A stretch of DNA of 64,000 nucleotides from positions 1 to 64,000 of the IMG/VR virus record IMGVR_UViG_3300037041_002705, one strand, 5' to 3'. The position numbers and the translations under genes were made by a program. Shown piece by piece: positions 7,636 to 17,211 of this stretch. The notes below the pieces were generated by a model that was given only the letters and a program-made list of their open reading frames with translations, made no database searches and had not been told where the DNA came from. Origin of the DNA: a virus. Within the stretch, counting starts at the first letter, position 1. Each line of letters begins with the position of its first letter.

Positions 7636-8748
7636 TTAAGCCTCATCAAGTTTATCTGATATGCCCTTCCATGCATCTTCAGCTTTTGATGTTTTAGATT
7701 TATCATTGTCAGCTTTAATTGCTCCAAAAAAATCATTCGTATTTTTAATAGCAACATTATCTGGAGTTTTGAAACCATTTTTTGCAATATCTTTTAGTGC
7801 TAATGTAATGGTTGCAAATGTAGTTGTAGTAGGACCGGAGATGTCCTTTGTATCATTTGGCATCGGTCCCCAGAATGTTACCATATTTGCAATAGATTTT
7901 CCTAATTCATTTTTTAACTTTTTTACATTTTCATTGTAGAGTTCTTCAATCTGTTTATCTGTTAACTTTGACCCACCTTGTATCGAATCAGGGCCAAATG
8001 GCATTTCTAATTGCAATACCAATTTATCATCATTTGGGTCAACCTTGATATCTTTTTGCTTTCTCACATCCGGCTTTATTCTAATAACAAACTGTGTTGC
8101 ACGTTCTCCATTTTGTGATACAACATAGTCGCTACCAATCACCCTTTCTATCAATTTAATTCTTTTATCTTCTGGGAGTTCGATAAAGTTAGCGATGGTC
8201 ATTTTTGCAATTTCTCGTATGCTTTTCTTTGATTGTACTTTTGAACTTGCTAGTTTATCATTTTTAGCTATGTAAAGTAGTTCATCCATCGAGTTATTCA
8301 TTTCTTCATCAGATAGAGGTTCTAATTTCTGACCAGCAATTACCGAATAGATAAATTGTGCGAGTGATGTACTTTTTTGAAAAGCACCGGCATGTATGTT
8401 TCCCGCTCCTTCTATAGCTAGGATATTATTATCTTCAACTTCAAATGTAGCTTTGTCAAAGTCAAATGTAAATGTTGAAAGATCTTCATCTCCGGAAGAG
8501 GCACTAAGAGTTATTTTCTTATTAAGGGCCTTTGGGGTAATTGTGGTTCCATAATCCCTATCCTTTCCAGAAAATGCTTTATTTACTAACTTAGCTATAT
8601 GCTTTGCAAGGCCATCAGAAGATTTTGCATAAGATTCTTCTTTATCATAATTAAATCCTAGGTCAAATTTAATTGTTTGTATTTTATTAGCGTCTATACC
8701 TTCATTTACACTTTGAATCCATGATTCAAATAGCTTGACGTATTTCAT
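7636..8748 (-). CDS. hypothetical protein with capsid-targeting-like N-terminus
   Basis: Starts MKYVKLFESWIQSVNE; visibly more AT-rich than its neighbours; GATATATAG upstream. Confidence 0.75.
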   Translation of the reverse strand: MKYVKLFESWIQSVNEGIDANKIQTIKFDLGFNYDKEESYAKSSDGLAKHIAKLVNKAFSGKDRDYGTTITPKALNKKITLSASSGDEDLSTFTFDFDKATFEVEDNNILAIEGAGNIHAGAFQKSTSLAQFIYSVIAGQKLEPLSDEEMNNSMDELLYIAKNDKLASSKVQSKKSIREIAKMTIANFIELPEDKRIKLIERVIGSDYVVSQNGERATQFVIRIKPDVRKQKDIKVDPNDDKLVLQLEMPFGPDSIQGGSKLTDKQIEELYNENVKKLKNELGKSIANMVTFWGPMPNDTKDISGPTTTTFATITLALKDIAKNGFKTPDNVAIKNTNDFFGAIKADNDKSKTSKAEDAWKGISDKLDEA

Positions 8749-8772
8749 ATGTCATTTATTTTTTTGCTTACT

Positions 8773-8781
8773 CTATATATC
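8773..8781 (-). promoter_or_regulatory. putative late promoter (GATATATAG)
   Basis: Recurrent motif 24 nt before ATG 8748. Confidence 0.6.
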
Positions 8782-8881
8782 AAAATGCTCAAGAAAATCA
8801 AAAAGTGTTTTTTTTGAATCTATATTCTATGTATATTGCATCTATAAGTTATTTCAACACAGCCACCCAAGGGCAGTTCCA

Positions 8882-10072
8882 ATGAAAAACATCATTCTCC
8901 TCCTAGCCTTTATAGCTCTCAATATCCCATCTGTTTCACAGACAAAGGGACAAAAACCAAGCGATTTGGCTGAGTTCTTTATCCGCCCAATGATCCAGGA
9001 TGAATACTACCCAGCAGCACCAGACTCACTATACGAGCTTGAATGGGACCAACTTGTCAGCCGGCTTGATGAGTACACATACTACAACGGTGAAGAAGAG
9101 ACAGTAAAACGCAGTGACATGCTCATTGGATCGCAAGTAAAGGGAGCAACGGGAATTCGCCTCATCACAAAGGACTCATTTGTGGTTGTATCAAAGGTAT
9201 GGAAGGATGGGCCTGCATACAACCAAGGAATTGGCATCGGAGACACAATCCTTTCTGTTGGGGGAAATATTGTTAAGAATCACGGGGACGCATCAGCAAA
9301 CATCCGTGGCAAAGTTGGAACAAAGGTTGTTGTGTCAGTTGCCCGTGAAGGAAAGCGATTTGATGTTGAGCTTGAGCGTTCAGCCGTCAAGGTATCAACA
9401 GCAATGGGCAAGAAGCAGGGCAACACACTCCGATTCAAGGTGTTCATGTTCTCTGAGGGCGTGTCTGATTCCATCGCAAACATTGCCTCACGCCTCGGAA
9501 CAAAGGGAGTTGACACTGTTGTTCTCGACCTTCGTGGAAACTCAGGAGGCCTTCTCAGCGAGGGTGAATCAATGGCCAAGCTCTTTGTGAAGGAAGGAGA
9601 TACAGCATTGGTATACAAGCGTCGCAAGGGAGAAGAAGTCGTCATGTCTGACGAATACAACCCTCTCCAGAACATCAAGAACATCGTCGTGCTTATCGAC
9701 TCTGGAACAGCATCAAGCTCAGAGATCGTTGCAGGAACACTCAAGGTTCGTCGCAATGCAAAGATCGTTGGAACAAAGAGCTACGGCAAGGGTGTTATCC
9801 AACATGTGAAGGAAGTTGAAGGTGGTTCATTCAAGATGACAGTTGCCGAGTACTTTGCAGGTGGAACACTCAAGATCCAAGGCGTTGGCATCTTTCCTGA
9901 TGTTGAGTTCTCAGAGAAGCCGGTTGATGCAGCAGTTGCAGCAGGCCTTGATCTCAAGAAGTTCCGCAAGGACAATCCACTCCCAAACATCGATGCCCTC
10001 AAGAAGGCAAAGCTCGGACCTGAAGTTGCCGAGTACATCTGGGGCGATCTTGGAATCTTTGAACTCCGTTAA
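8882..10072 (+). CDS. S41 family C-terminal processing protease (PDZ + S41)
   Basis: Signal peptide MKNIILLLAFIAL; PDZ GIRL...GPA...IGDTILSV; LDLRGNSGG, TASSSE (catalytic Ser), KSYGKG (catalytic Lys), GIFPD. Confidence 0.92.
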   Translation: MKNIILLLAFIALNIPSVSQTKGQKPSDLAEFFIRPMIQDEYYPAAPDSLYELEWDQLVSRLDEYTYYNGEEETVKRSDMLIGSQVKGATGIRLITKDSFVVVSKVWKDGPAYNQGIGIGDTILSVGGNIVKNHGDASANIRGKVGTKVVVSVAREGKRFDVELERSAVKVSTAMGKKQGNTLRFKVFMFSEGVSDSIANIASRLGTKGVDTVVLDLRGNSGGLLSEGESMAKLFVKEGDTALVYKRRKGEEVVMSDEYNPLQNIKNIVVLIDSGTASSSEIVAGTLKVRRNAKIVGTKSYGKGVIQHVKEVEGGSFKMTVAEYFAGGTLKIQGVGIFPDVEFSEKPVDAAVAAGLDLKKFRKDNPLPNIDALKKAKLGPEVAEYIWGDLGIFELR

Positions 10073-10094
10073 GACTGGTTGGTGCAAAAACAAG

Positions 10095-10120
10095 AAAGGG
10101 ATCCAATTGGATCCCTTTTT
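10095..10120. terminator. bidirectional terminator
   Basis: Perfect palindrome AAAGGGATCCAATTGGATCCCTTT between convergent genes. Confidence 0.8.
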
Positions 10121-10125
10121 CATTT

Positions 10126-10368
10126 TCAGTTGAAGTCCCTAAACCCTTTAGGGTAGACCCACATGAAGGTCTTTTTTATGACCTTGACGCTGTCAAGAAC
10201 ATAGTCCAAAAGCCTCTCAAGGTTCAGAAGGTGGAACGTCCTTCTAAGGCTCGAGAACATGTATGGGCTTATGGACCTCTTGAGGATGTTTCCTCTCCAA
10301 TCATATCCGCGATTGAGGAGATTGTCCTTCCTTGTCAAAATCCAGTCTTTATAGTTTACCTCATACAT
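10126..10368 (-). CDS. hypothetical protein
   Basis: 80-aa ORF at the end of a minus-strand operon. Confidence 0.65.
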   Translation of the reverse strand: MYEVNYKDWILTRKDNLLNRGYDWRGNILKRSISPYMFSSLRRTFHLLNLERLLDYVLDSVKVIKKTFMWVYPKGFRDFN

Positions 10369-10385
10369 GATCTATTGTATTTTTA

Positions 10386-10967
10386 TCACATCCCAAACGT
10401 AGACTTACCCCTCTTCATCCGTAGGAGTTTTGTCTTCATGGCTTCTCGTTCTGTTGGATCCACAATGGATCCAACGGCAAGATCAACATCTCCTGATGTA
10501 AGATCAAGGATTTCATCTATGTCAACACCTGAATTTATCCATATCGATGCAAGCTCTGTTATCGCAGTCTTCAGTGCACCTGTCACAAGGGAGATGACCT
10601 CACCAAAATAGTCCTCGTCGCTTATGCCTTCCATGTGTCCTGAAAGGTTCTTTAGGCTTAGGTTTTCTAAGGTTTTTGGATCAGATTCATAACCTGAACT
10701 CCATTGAACTTCCATCTGATCGGCATCTTCCCAAAAGAATCCTATGTATATCATCGTATCTCCATTGAAGAACGGAAATGTTGTCCCCTGGGTTTCAAAG
10801 ATGAAGCTCTCAAGCATCCAACCCTTTATAGGATTCACTAATACGGTTGGTATCCCTTCTTTCTTGCATCTATCATAGAACAGCTTGGTGTACCTTTCAA
10901 TTGCATCCTTTGGGGCATCTGTGATTACATTCTCGTTCAGCCAGCTTTCAAACTTCTTTATGGACAT
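10386..10967 (-). CDS. hypothetical protein with capsid-targeting-like N-terminus
   Basis: Starts MSIKKFESWLNE. Confidence 0.75.
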   Translation of the reverse strand: MSIKKFESWLNENVITDAPKDAIERYTKLFYDRCKKEGIPTVLVNPIKGWMLESFIFETQGTTFPFFNGDTMIYIGFFWEDADQMEVQWSSGYESDPKTLENLSLKNLSGHMEGISDEDYFGEVISLVTGALKTAITELASIWINSGVDIDEILDLTSGDVDLAVGSIVDPTEREAMKTKLLRMKRGKSTFGM

Positions 10968-10979
10968 TGTCTAATTTTT

Positions 10980-11588
10980 TTATCTGTATACATTTCCAAT
11001 ATTGAATGCACTGTAGTCCATAGGATGGACTTGGAGCTCAAAGTAGTTGAACCTAAAGCTGCACGTAAACTGCTTTGTTGAGTTTGATATGTCTGTGTAT
11101 GTAGGAGTCAGATCACTTATCCCAAGAAACAGCACCTGCTTTAGTGTTTGGAGTATGGTCAGGTCTCCATTGCTGGTCAGATAGAGTATCTCCAGATCTG
11201 GGAAGAATTCTTCTCCCGGATCATCTGGCTCCTCGGCTGCAAAGTTTGTGTATCGTATGAGCTGCTCATACATAAGCCAGTAGTTCAGGTATGCATCAAC
11301 AAGCCTGAATGTAACCGTGAACTCTTTGTTTATAACCTGTGAGAACTTGTAGCCCTGCCTGTATGCAATCGTTCGTCCTGCCTGAACCTGTTCAACTGGC
11401 GTCACTCCTGTGATGCCAGGAAAGCTTATTGACTGGACTGTTGAATTCAGGAAGGACCTCACATCGGCATACGGAGTCGGAAGATCCTTTAGGTACTGTT
11501 GGTACTTCTCCTCTATGGCTGGATACAAGAACCCCTTTGGGAAGAGGAACTTGAACTGGTTATATCTGGCATTTAGAAAGACTGACAT
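10980..11588 (-). CDS. tail-tube-fold protein, T4 gp3-like tail completion protein
   Basis: QFKFLF, VQSISFPGI, FTVTFRLVDAYLNYWLMY, FTCSFRFNYF resemble the gp3/gp19 fold. Confidence 0.6.
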   Translation of the reverse strand: MSVFLNARYNQFKFLFPKGFLYPAIEEKYQQYLKDLPTPYADVRSFLNSTVQSISFPGITGVTPVEQVQAGRTIAYRQGYKFSQVINKEFTVTFRLVDAYLNYWLMYEQLIRYTNFAAEEPDDPGEEFFPDLEILYLTSNGDLTILQTLKQVLFLGISDLTPTYTDISNSTKQFTCSFRFNYFELQVHPMDYSAFNIGNVYR

Positions 11589-13342
11589 TACGTCTGGTAG
11601 TCTATTTTTTGGGTCTTCTCAATGTCCTTTTGGAGCGCCATGTACATAGAATTTATGTAGGTTGGACACAGAGACTTGAACCTGGAGAAATCATCCTTTA
11701 GTATGTATTCAATTACCTTGTGTTCATCATCAATGTGACCAATGTCTCCAACCTCTTGGGCTATGCAATTCTTTAGCCATTGACAGACATCGCTTGTTGC
11801 ACAGATGGATTCTATGTCATACTCTTCTGATATCTCTGACAGCCTTTGCTTTACTTGATCATCGTCATCACAGAAGTGGCATGCCAATGCATCCTTGCAT
11901 GATGATGCATATGCATCAATCTGTGGTACAATGCCATCCTTTGTGAACGGTGATGCTTCATTTGGGAGACATATGAAAAAGACTCGATCAAACTCTGATA
12001 TGTCTCTTATCTTCTTCTCTAGTTCCTTCGTCATCACCAGTGGTCTTGCAACAACGACTGTTGCCGTCTTCTTCATCGGCTCATCATCATATTCAATGCT
12101 CTTTAGCTCATCAGGATCTATGAACTTGTTCATGAGATCGTCCTTGAAGATCCTGAACGTTGAGAAGTCCATGAAGCCTTCAACAAGTGGCATCTCAACA
12201 AGGTCTCTTATCTCATCGATTAGAAGGTTTATCTGGTTTATCATTGATTGCGTCAGAAGGCCATACGTTCTTCTTCTCTTCTTTCTTAGCCCAGCAAGGA
12301 TTATCTTGAACAGCTGTTCGTATGATCTATCGAGGGTCATCAACTCAAGGGTCTTTTCGTTTTCGATGAACCTTCTGTTGAGTTCAAATTCCTTGCTCTT
12401 GAGGAAGTTAGGAACTGAAAAATCAACTCCTCTGTACCTGTCCATGTTTGCTTCAATGAAATCATTGAACAGGAGACATATCAGCTCAAGGTACCTGAAT
12501 TCAGGCGTGCGTTCTCTGAGCTTATAGTTTAATCCTCTTTCGAGTATGAATGAGTAAACGTCCATGAGGGCTATTGAATACAGATCAGATGGAACTCTTG
12601 ACTCTGGAATCTCTTCGTTCATTTCAGCATTGCCTGCAATAAGAGGATCCAATGTCTTTGCGACGTATGCTCCTCCGTCCTTTGTCTTGAACCTAAAGAT
12701 GATCGAATCTGGTCTAAACACTCCTTCTTCCTGAAGAAAGCTTGAGTTGATGTTTGGATTAAGAGTCCTTATCAAAAACTCCGAGAATGTTTGCGTGCCA
12801 TACCTGTCATGGAGCTCCTTTGGCGTCAGCTTTATGTAGTCAAGGATCTTCACCTTCTGCTTATCTGTCAGGTAACCCTCAAATATGATGGGCGCAGGCT
12901 CAACCCTTAGCTCTGTTGCCCACTTTCGTATCGATTCACCGTTGTCCTTTATCTTCTCTCCATCCTGTCCAATGACTCGGACGTCAGTAAGAACAATGTT
13001 GTTCTTTGGCATCCTCTTGTACTGGGTCTTGTTTGGCGTCAGGCTTGAGAAGTAGTAACACCCAAACCTGTAGTTCTCCGGAAGGACCGCATAGTCTATC
13101 ACTGATGTTATGTGGTCTATGGCCTTTTCATAGTACTGCATCAGGGTTCTGTCGACTATGGAAATCGGATACCTCTCATCCTTTCTCCATATCGATAGCA
13201 TGCCATCCTTTACCTGGAAGGATATCCTTGCAGCATCTATCTTTTCAGTCACTATGACATAAGACGAGAAGAGTTCACTAATGAACTCTTCCGTCCTGTC
13301 TTTTACCAACTGTTGTAGTGTGTTTAGGCCTTTTTTCATCAT
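11588..13342 (-). CDS. ligase-like nucleotidyltransferase fused to a degenerate cytidylyltransferase-like domain
   Basis: VTEKIDA (KxDG-like motif I), PIIFEG; C-terminal TATVVVARPLVMTKE resembles a decayed GRFxPxTxGH Rossmann motif; start may be 13339. Confidence 0.5.
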   Translation of the reverse strand: MMKKGLNTLQQLVKDRTEEFISELFSSYVIVTEKIDAARISFQVKDGMLSIWRKDERYPISIVDRTLMQYYEKAIDHITSVIDYAVLPENYRFGCYYFSSLTPNKTQYKRMPKNNIVLTDVRVIGQDGEKIKDNGESIRKWATELRVEPAPIIFEGYLTDKQKVKILDYIKLTPKELHDRYGTQTFSEFLIRTLNPNINSSFLQEEGVFRPDSIIFRFKTKDGGAYVAKTLDPLIAGNAEMNEEIPESRVPSDLYSIALMDVYSFILERGLNYKLRERTPEFRYLELICLLFNDFIEANMDRYRGVDFSVPNFLKSKEFELNRRFIENEKTLELMTLDRSYEQLFKIILAGLRKKRRRTYGLLTQSMINQINLLIDEIRDLVEMPLVEGFMDFSTFRIFKDDLMNKFIDPDELKSIEYDDEPMKKTATVVVARPLVMTKELEKKIRDISEFDRVFFICLPNEASPFTKDGIVPQIDAYASSCKDALACHFCDDDDQVKQRLSEISEEYDIESICATSDVCQWLKNCIAQEVGDIGHIDDEHKVIEYILKDDFSRFKSLCPTYINSMYMALQKDIEKTQKIDYQT

Positions 13343-13351
13343 CTATATATG
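13343..13351 (-). promoter_or_regulatory. putative late promoter (CATATATAG), possibly leaderless
   Basis: Motif immediately followed by ATGATG. Confidence 0.5.
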
Positions 13352-13355
13352 ATTG

Positions 13356-15821
13356 TTAACACTTAGTCCATCCGCAATCCCGACAAATCACGCAGCCGTC
13401 TCCACGCTCAACATTGTGTCCGCCACATGATGGGCACTCTTCTCCATGGACCTTTGTTCCGTCCTTGATGTACCTCTTCAGGTTTCTTGCAAGGACCTTT
13501 GCAAAGGAAAGGAGATCACCCTTTGTCTTTTCAAGCTGATGGACAACGAATCCAATGTCTGATCCATGACGCAATGAGGTTGAGATCATTCTGCACAGAG
13601 CATCTGCGTTCTCATCATTGTGTCCGTTTGTGAGCTTGTATGACTGATCACCTGAGTTGAAGAAGTAGTTTCCTCTTCCCTTCTTTGTGACTGTTCCTGT
13701 CATTCCGTTCTTTGGAATGATGGTCTCCTGCACGCCATCAGCACCATGCTCATTGATGCCAGTGAATATCTCATAAGGCTCTCCATTAAGCAATCCGATG
13801 ACAACATAATATGGATGGCCCTTGATGTTGCTGATCCATGCCTCTGCAGGAAGCGCCTCTGGCCTCTTTGGTGCATTGTTCTTTACGATGACATTTTCGT
13901 CCTTCTTCTCTTCTGTCTTCTTCTCAACAAGAACACCGGTGCGACAGTTCTTCCTGTATACAGTCATGCCCTTGCAACCATACTGCCATGCAGCTTCGTA
14001 GATCTTTGCAACTTCTTCCTCTGTAACTTCTTCTGGAAGGTTGACGGTCTTTGAGATTGCATGGTCGATGTACTTCTGTGCTGCTGCCTGGAGCTTCACT
14101 GCTTGTACCCAATCAATGTCCTCTGCGCAGTAGCCAAACCATGGTGACTTCTTAAGGTCCTTCTCGCCTGTTACTTCCATCCACATCTTCACCTTTGGAT
14201 GGTAGACCTCAAACTCCTGCCAGTGGTCTCCGTTCTGATCGACGAAGTCGGTCTTTGCATTTGCATCGTTTGGATTGATCTTCTTCCTTCTTGTGTATGG
14301 GAACAACATGAACAGCGGTTCAACACCAGATGTTGTCTGTGAGAGGATCGAAAGAGATCCTGTAGGAGCAATTGTAAGGTTTGCAATGTTCCTTCTGCCG
14401 TACTTCTCCATGTCTGCGTAGAGTTCCTTGTCTGCCTTCTGAATCTCCTTTGCAAAGCTGGTATCCTTTTCAAGATCCCAGTTCCAGATTGGGAATGCAC
14501 CGAGCTCTTTTGCCATGTCGACAGAAGACCTGAATGATGCAACCATCATCATCTTATGGATCTTTTCAACGAATGAAATGCTTTCTTCTGAGCCGTATCC
14601 CAGTCCAAGGGCAGCAATCATGTCTCCCATTGCGGTTATGCCGGTTCCCGTCCTTCTTCCATCCTGACACTTTCTCTTTACCTTGTTCCATAGATCAAGC
14701 TCTGCCTTCTTTGTCTCAGCGTCCTCTGGATCTGACTTGATCTTCTTGATGATGGCATCAATCTTTTCAAGCTCAAGATCGATCATGTTGTCCATGAGCC
14801 TTTGGCATATTACCGCATGCTCCTTGAAGAGAGAAAAGTTGAACTTGGCCTTTGCCGTAAAAGGATTCTCGACGTATGAGAACAGGTTAAGAACCATGAG
14901 GCGGCATGAGTCATACGTACAAAGTGGAAGCTCAGAGCATGGGTTTGTGCTAACAGTCTCAAAACCAAACTCCTTGTAACAATCGACCATGTTGTGGCCA
15001 GTTACGCGGTCCCAGAATAGAAGGCCTGGTTCTGCACGAAGCCATGAATTATGGATGATCTTCTTCCAGAGATCCTTTGCATCTACCCACGTATCGTTGT
15101 CACTAGGAGGTGCATCAACAGGGAAGCGAAGCCTAAACTTGTCACCCTTCTTGACTGCATCAAGAAACTCATTTGAAAGCCTAACAGAGATGTTTGCCCC
15201 TGTCACCTTTGTATCGTCATTCTTAATTGTGATGAAGTTCTCAATGTCCTTGTGAGCAACATCAACAGTAAGCATCAAGGCGCCACGACGGCCTGACTGT
15301 CCGACTTCGCGAATGGTGTTTGAATACCTCTCCATCCAGGATCCGATTCCGGTGCTTGTCCTTGCTGCATTCTTTACGCCAGTTCCAGCAGGCCTGAGCG
15401 TTGAAATGTCAACACCAACGCCACCACGACGCTTTGATATCTGTGCAAGTTCCTCATCGATTTTCATGATTCCGCCATAGCTATCCTTTGGTGAATCAAC
15501 CACATAACAGTTTGACAATGAGATCAACTGGTAGTTGTTTCCGATGCCAAACATCGGGCTTCCCTGCGGAATGATATACTTGAATCCATCGAGGAGGCCA
15601 AAGATCTGTTCCTCTGACATTGGATTTGAAAACTTCTTCTTTTCAATCCTTGCAAACTCAGATGCAATCCTTCTGTGCATGTGCACCGGAGTTGCTTCCA
15701 AAAGGTTCTGTTGGTTGTCCCTGAGTGCGTATTTGTCAAGAAATACCTTTGCTGCAAGCTCATCTCCAGCAAAATATTCCAACGCAAGTTGGAATGCCTC
15801 TTCGTATGTGTACGTCTGCAT
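13356..15821 (-). CDS. nrdJ: class II (adenosylcobalamin-dependent) ribonucleotide reductase
   Basis: SLSNCYV, GRRGALM, TNPCSE, TIAPTGS, KGMTVYR and a C-terminal CPSCG...CRDCGWTKC Zn ribbon; no adjacent nrdB. Confidence 0.92.
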   Translation of the reverse strand: MQTYTYEEAFQLALEYFAGDELAAKVFLDKYALRDNQQNLLEATPVHMHRRIASEFARIEKKKFSNPMSEEQIFGLLDGFKYIIPQGSPMFGIGNNYQLISLSNCYVVDSPKDSYGGIMKIDEELAQISKRRGGVGVDISTLRPAGTGVKNAARTSTGIGSWMERYSNTIREVGQSGRRGALMLTVDVAHKDIENFITIKNDDTKVTGANISVRLSNEFLDAVKKGDKFRLRFPVDAPPSDNDTWVDAKDLWKKIIHNSWLRAEPGLLFWDRVTGHNMVDCYKEFGFETVSTNPCSELPLCTYDSCRLMVLNLFSYVENPFTAKAKFNFSLFKEHAVICQRLMDNMIDLELEKIDAIIKKIKSDPEDAETKKAELDLWNKVKRKCQDGRRTGTGITAMGDMIAALGLGYGSEESISFVEKIHKMMMVASFRSSVDMAKELGAFPIWNWDLEKDTSFAKEIQKADKELYADMEKYGRRNIANLTIAPTGSLSILSQTTSGVEPLFMLFPYTRRKKINPNDANAKTDFVDQNGDHWQEFEVYHPKVKMWMEVTGEKDLKKSPWFGYCAEDIDWVQAVKLQAAAQKYIDHAISKTVNLPEEVTEEEVAKIYEAAWQYGCKGMTVYRKNCRTGVLVEKKTEEKKDENVIVKNNAPKRPEALPAEAWISNIKGHPYYVVIGLLNGEPYEIFTGINEHGADGVQETIIPKNGMTGTVTKKGRGNYFFNSGDQSYKLTNGHNDENADALCRMISTSLRHGSDIGFVVHQLEKTKGDLLSFAKVLARNLKRYIKDGTKVHGEECPSCGGHNVERGDGCVICRDCGWTKC

Positions 15822-15828
15822 TTTTCCC

Positions 15829-17211
15829 TTATTTTTGTTTTTGTAACTTCTTTAACTGTTCTATTGCTTTTTCTATCTCTTTTGCTTCTTCTTTGCTCTG
15901 AACCCGACGGTTGAAGAGGTTCGTTAAGAACCTTCTGGACACTGATTCTGTCTTTGCATCAAAAACCGCCCCGGTGGCAGTCCTTATATAATCGTCGCCC
16001 TCCATGTCATTTCTCTTCCCAAGGTAAGTTTCTGGAGAGATGTTGAACTGCCTCATTGTTGTAGGGTACAGACTGGCAAAGTCATACGTAACAACCCATT
16101 CATACAAGCCAGGGACTGGATCCTTAACAAATGCGCCCTCATATGTCTTGCCTTCTTCAAGCTCGCCCTTTCTCACAAGAATTCTGTTCTTGTCATAGAA
16201 CTCTCTGACAAGCAACGTCTCGGTCATTCTGATTGGGCTAAATGCACCAAGAAGTTCTACACGTGCTATATTTGCCAAAGACAGATATGTTCCCATCACC
16301 GATATCTCTTTGTCAATATACATGACAAGAAGAGTGTCTACGATGTTATAGAACACATATTTCTTGAAGTCCTTCTCATAGAGATCCTTCAATGTTCCAT
16401 TGTACTTGATCTTTGTGAGCTTAAGAACCTGGTCAGCAACGTAGTCAAGCTTTGCGGATTCCTTTACATCGACCTTGTTGTCCCACTTGCTGTAGATCTT
16501 CATGTAGTCGACGATTGGTCTGTGCTGAGGTATCGTCTCCTTGTCAACAAACTTTCTGCTAGGAGATGCAACCATAGGGTCTATGTTCAACCTCTTGCAA
16601 CGATTGACAAGATACTGCCAATCGAAGTTTGTGAAGTTCCAACCTGTGATGAGAGGCATCTGTGGGATGTACTTATTAAAGAACACATAGAGCATCTCAT
16701 ACTCATTCTCAAAGCTCATGAACTTGACAGTGAAGTCTGCATTGTACTTCTTGAAGTAGTCGTTCACATCAACCTGAATGTCTGCAACGTCACCCTGATC
16801 AAGTGGCTTTATTGAGAGAACAAATGCCTTTTGGCCATGCGCAAAGCAGATCGTTGTTATCCTGTTTGGTGCATTTGCCGGCTCAGGAAAACCATCATCG
16901 GTAACTTCAACCTCAATGTCACAGAACCACACTCGTGGCCTGTTTGGCTGGTAGATGCGATTCTTTACTTCTTCAGGAAGGCCATACAGAAACTCTTCTA
17001 CCCGATACCTTGATAGCATCGACTTCTTGGTCTTTCTGATTGCCCTGTTGTCCCAAGACCTCCAGGTTGTGTCAACATCCTTGAGCCTTGTTGCATACTC
17101 CCACTCAAAGCGCTCAGAATCAGGGATGGGGATGTTCTCAAAGACCATCATCCCATCCTCATTGAATCTGCTTATCTTCAAGAGCCCTGGTTCCTGCTCA
17201 ATGTCTATCAT
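15829..17211 (-). CDS. family B DNA polymerase, N-terminal subunit (split, gp43A-like)
   Basis: Exonuclease motifs DIE, GWNFTNFD, YNIVD; YEGAFV and motif A YDFASLYP; ORF ends in the fingers helix before motifs B and C. Confidence 0.9.
   Translation of the reverse strand: MIDIEQEPGLLKISRFNEDGMMVFENIPIPDSERFEWEYATRLKDVDTTWRSWDNRAIRKTKKSMLSRYRVEEFLYGLPEEVKNRIYQPNRPRVWFCDIEVEVTDDGFPEPANAPNRITTICFAHGQKAFVLSIKPLDQGDVADIQVDVNDYFKKYNADFTVKFMSFENEYEMLYVFFNKYIPQMPLITGWNFTNFDWQYLVNRCKRLNIDPMVASPSRKFVDKETIPQHRPIVDYMKIYSKWDNKVDVKESAKLDYVADQVLKLTKIKYNGTLKDLYEKDFKKYVFYNIVDTLLVMYIDKEISVMGTYLSLANIARVELLGAFSPIRMTETLLVREFYDKNRILVRKGELEEGKTYEGAFVKDPVPGLYEWVVTYDFASLYPTTMRQFNISPETYLGKRNDMEGDDYIRTATGAVFDAKTESVSRRFLTNLFNRRVQSKEEAKEIEKAIEQLKKLQKQK

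Noticed and set aside
8735-8881. 49-codon N-terminal extension of the S41 ORF
   Set aside because: It overlaps the divergent gene and promoter region; the signal peptide starts at ATG 8882
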